Assembly: GCA_965204725.1 (NCBI GenBank)
Contig: OZ242005.1
Span: forward strand, 3,776,001 to 3,840,000
DNA from: Candidatus Latescibacterota bacterium
GTDB taxonomy: Bacteria; Latescibacterota; UBA2968; UBA8231
Length of the DNA stretch: 64,000 nucleotides
Direction: 5' to 3'
The notes under the pieces are model-generated. The model searched no databases, was not told the DNA's origin, and saw nothing but the letters and a program-made list of their open reading frames with translations. Position 1 is the first letter of the stretch. Each line of letters starts with the position of its first letter. Positions 62,063 to 64,000 of this stretch are shown here, one piece after another. Both the position numbers and the translations under genes were made by a program.

Positions 62063-64000
62063 TCACTTGACCAGCGATACCTTGCGTTCCTGCACAGTGT
62101 CGCCCGCTCGCAAGCGCACCACATATACCCCACTGGCGAGTTCGCCCGCGTCCCAGCGCACCCGGTAAGCTCCTCGTTTGTGCCACGCCTCGACCAGCTT
62201 TTCCACCCGCTGTCCAGTTGGGCCGAAAACCTCCAGCCGCACCATCCCGGCCCTCCCCACGTTGAAATCGATATGCACCTGACTGTTGAAGGGGTTTGGA
62301 TAGGGCGGATGTAGATCCGTTTTCTGCGGCGTCCGCTCCAAAGCCTGTACGGCGGTAGCGGCCTCCTCCCCCACATACACCTTTACATAGCCGTCCGTGG
62401 TCGTCACCACGATGTCCAGAAAACCGTCCCTATCTACATCGGCCAAGGCAATATCGCTGCTGCGGCCCTCCACCTCTAGCGTCCAAGCCCGGCGCAGGGT
62501 GCCTTCCTCCTGTTCCACGCAGATCAGCTTGGTGCCGCTGCCAAACAGGAACTCGTCGCGCCCATCGCCGTCCACGTCGCCGGAGACCACGTCCGTATAG
62601 GCCCGAACCCCATCGTCGAACTCCAGCAAAACCGCGCCGTCCGTCGCTCGGAAAAGGCGGACGCCCTCGGCCGTGGAAGCGAGTAGTTCCACGGTCCCAT
62701 CGCCATCGCTGTCGCCCACTCCCATCAAGGATTGCACTTCGGTGTTGTTGCGGTACGGGGTCTGCCAGATGCGCTGACCATCGCCGTCCAAAACGGCGTT
62801 CAAATAGCCGCAGTGCCCCCAGAGGAGCTCCGGCCGGCCGTCGCCGAATAAATCGACCACCGCTGGGAACGCATAGCCGACAAAGGAATCGCTCTCAAAC
62901 AGCGGATTGAGTCCGTACCCATAAGCTTGGCGCACCACCTGCGCCGTGCCCGTGACTCCATCGACGATGTGCAGGCGGTCGGGCCACATCACCACGATCT
63001 CCTCTAAGCCATCGCTGTCCACATCCCCGGCCGCGCTGGGATGGCCCCCCAGACTGCGGCCACTGCCGTCCTCGGGCAGGGTGAAACCATTGGATTCCCA
63101 GACGATTTCACCGCTACGCCCGTCGAGCAAAAAGCCCACTTCGCTGCCCAACTTGCCTCGCCGCAGACTGGCGAATACATCCATGTACTCGTTGCTGCGG
63201 AAGTACCCAGCACTCCAGTAGGACAGGCCGCTGAAATTCCATATAGGCATACTGCCGTCAAAGCCGACGAACTCGGTCTGCCAGCGGATGGAACCATCGG
63301 CCGCGAGTGCGACCAAGCTGGCGTTGCCGCTGGCCGCCTCACGCGCCGCCAGTACTTCCCGGCGGCCATCGCCATCCACATCGGCCGCGACCACTCCCCA
63401 GTGGTAAGGCGCGTTGTTGGTTTGGCCGTAGCCCAGCACCTGCCACCGCAGCCGGGGTGCGCCCCCGCCCGCTCCCAGATCCTGTAGGCACAGCACTTCT
63501 CGAGTCGCGGTCTGCACGACCACTTCCATTCGACCATCCCCCTCCAAATCAGCTACTACGGGTGTGCCGGCCGGGGTAAATGCTTGGCGGCTCCACTGGT
63601 GCAACTCACCCGAAGCCCGCTCCAGCACCAGCGTCTGGCCCGGAAGCCCACTCCCTTTGAGATACAGCAAGGCCGCCCCGTTGTCCGCGACCGTGGCCGT
63701 CTCCAAGGTCATCCCGGCCGGACCGCGCACCGACCAGCGCGGCTCGATGCGTCCCGCACGGTCGCTGCCCAAGGCGACCAACACTTCGCCGGCCCCGTCT
63801 GGCGCGAGTGCGAAGAAATCGCGCCGACCATCGCCATCCACATCGCCGGTTGACACCGTGCGCAATCCGTCGGCCGCCCCGGTGCTCACTGTTAGGGGCA
63901 GTTGATTCAGCAGTACCGTACTGAAGCGCCCTCGCTCGTGACTCCAGCGCACGGTTGGCCCCCCCGCCGCCAAGGACCAGACCGCCAGCGGCGCGTAGGT
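62063..64000 (-). CDS. FG-GAP/VCBS repeat protein with C-terminal FlgD-Ig/T9SS-CTD-like domain (5' part outside window)
   Basis: Repeated GDVDGDGR.E motifs; YPNPFN...WDA..LASGVY...K tail. Confidence 0.85.
   Translation of the reverse strand, partial: TYAPLAVWSLAAGGPTVRWSHERGRFSTVLLNQLPLTVSTGAADGLRTVSTGDVDGDGRRDFFALAPDGAGEVLVALGSDRAGRIEPRWSVRGPAGMTLETATVADNGAALLYLKGSGLPGQTLVLERASGELHQWSRQAFTPAGTPVVADLEGDGRMEVVVQTATREVLCLQDLGAGGGAPRLRWQVLGYGQTNNAPYHWGVVAADVDGDGRREVLAAREAASGNASLVALAADGSIRWQTEFVGFDGSMPIWNFSGLSYWSAGYFRSNEYMDVFASLRRGKLGSEVGFLLDGRSGEIVWESNGFTLPEDGSGRSLGGHPSAAGDVDSDGLEEIVVMWPDRLHIVDGVTGTAQVVRQAYGYGLNPLFESDSFVGYAFPAVVDLFGDGRPELLWGHCGYLNAVLDGDGQRIWQTPYRNNTEVQSLMGVGDSDGDGTVELLASTAEGVRLFRATDGAVLLEFDDGVRAYTDVVSGDVDGDGRDEFLFGSGTKLICVEQEEGTLRRAWTLEVEGRSSDIALADVDRDGFLDIVVTTTDGYVKVYVGEEAATAVQALERTPQKTDLHPPYPNPFNSQVHIDFNVGRAGMVRLEVFGPTGQRVEKLVEAWHKRGAYRVRWDAGELASGVYVVRLRAGDTVQERKVSLVK

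Overview
GC-rich chromosomal window, probably from an FCB-superphylum bacterium of the Latescibacterota/Gemmatimonadota type. The YWTD, dockerin, ankyrin-like and FlgD-Ig secreted proteins suggest a sponge-symbiont-like lineage (inference). Bases 1-48 kb are mostly housekeeping: groEL with a CIRCE operator, lipB-icd-moaC, argF, nrnA, two parvulin PPIases, mfd, tRNA-Ala(GGC), fmt-yajC, tgt, two PorV-like genes, a sigma-70 factor, rhamnulokinase, purC, secA, nusB-rib cluster and an S55 peptidase. This part also holds a VapBC module, a frameshifted YWTD-propeller gene and gene remnants. At 48.4-49.9 kb there is an IS982-like element with a duplicated end, followed by structured non-coding DNA. 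The highlight is a lower-GC, tightly coupled 7-gene minus-strand operon at 52.6-60.8 kb: IscS/DndA cysteine desulfurase, DndC, a DUF262+DUF1524 (SspE/GmrSD-like) nuclease, a stand-alone SNF2 ATPase, a ParB CTPase with a likely RHH tail, a ParB-HTH-only protein and a beta-CASP metallo-beta-lactamase nuclease. It has no dndB/D/E or sspB/C, making it a candidate non-canonical DNA phosphorothioation defence system. The window also appears strongly depleted of CCWGG and enriched in its deamination products. All calls are from motif reading only; no database searches were run.
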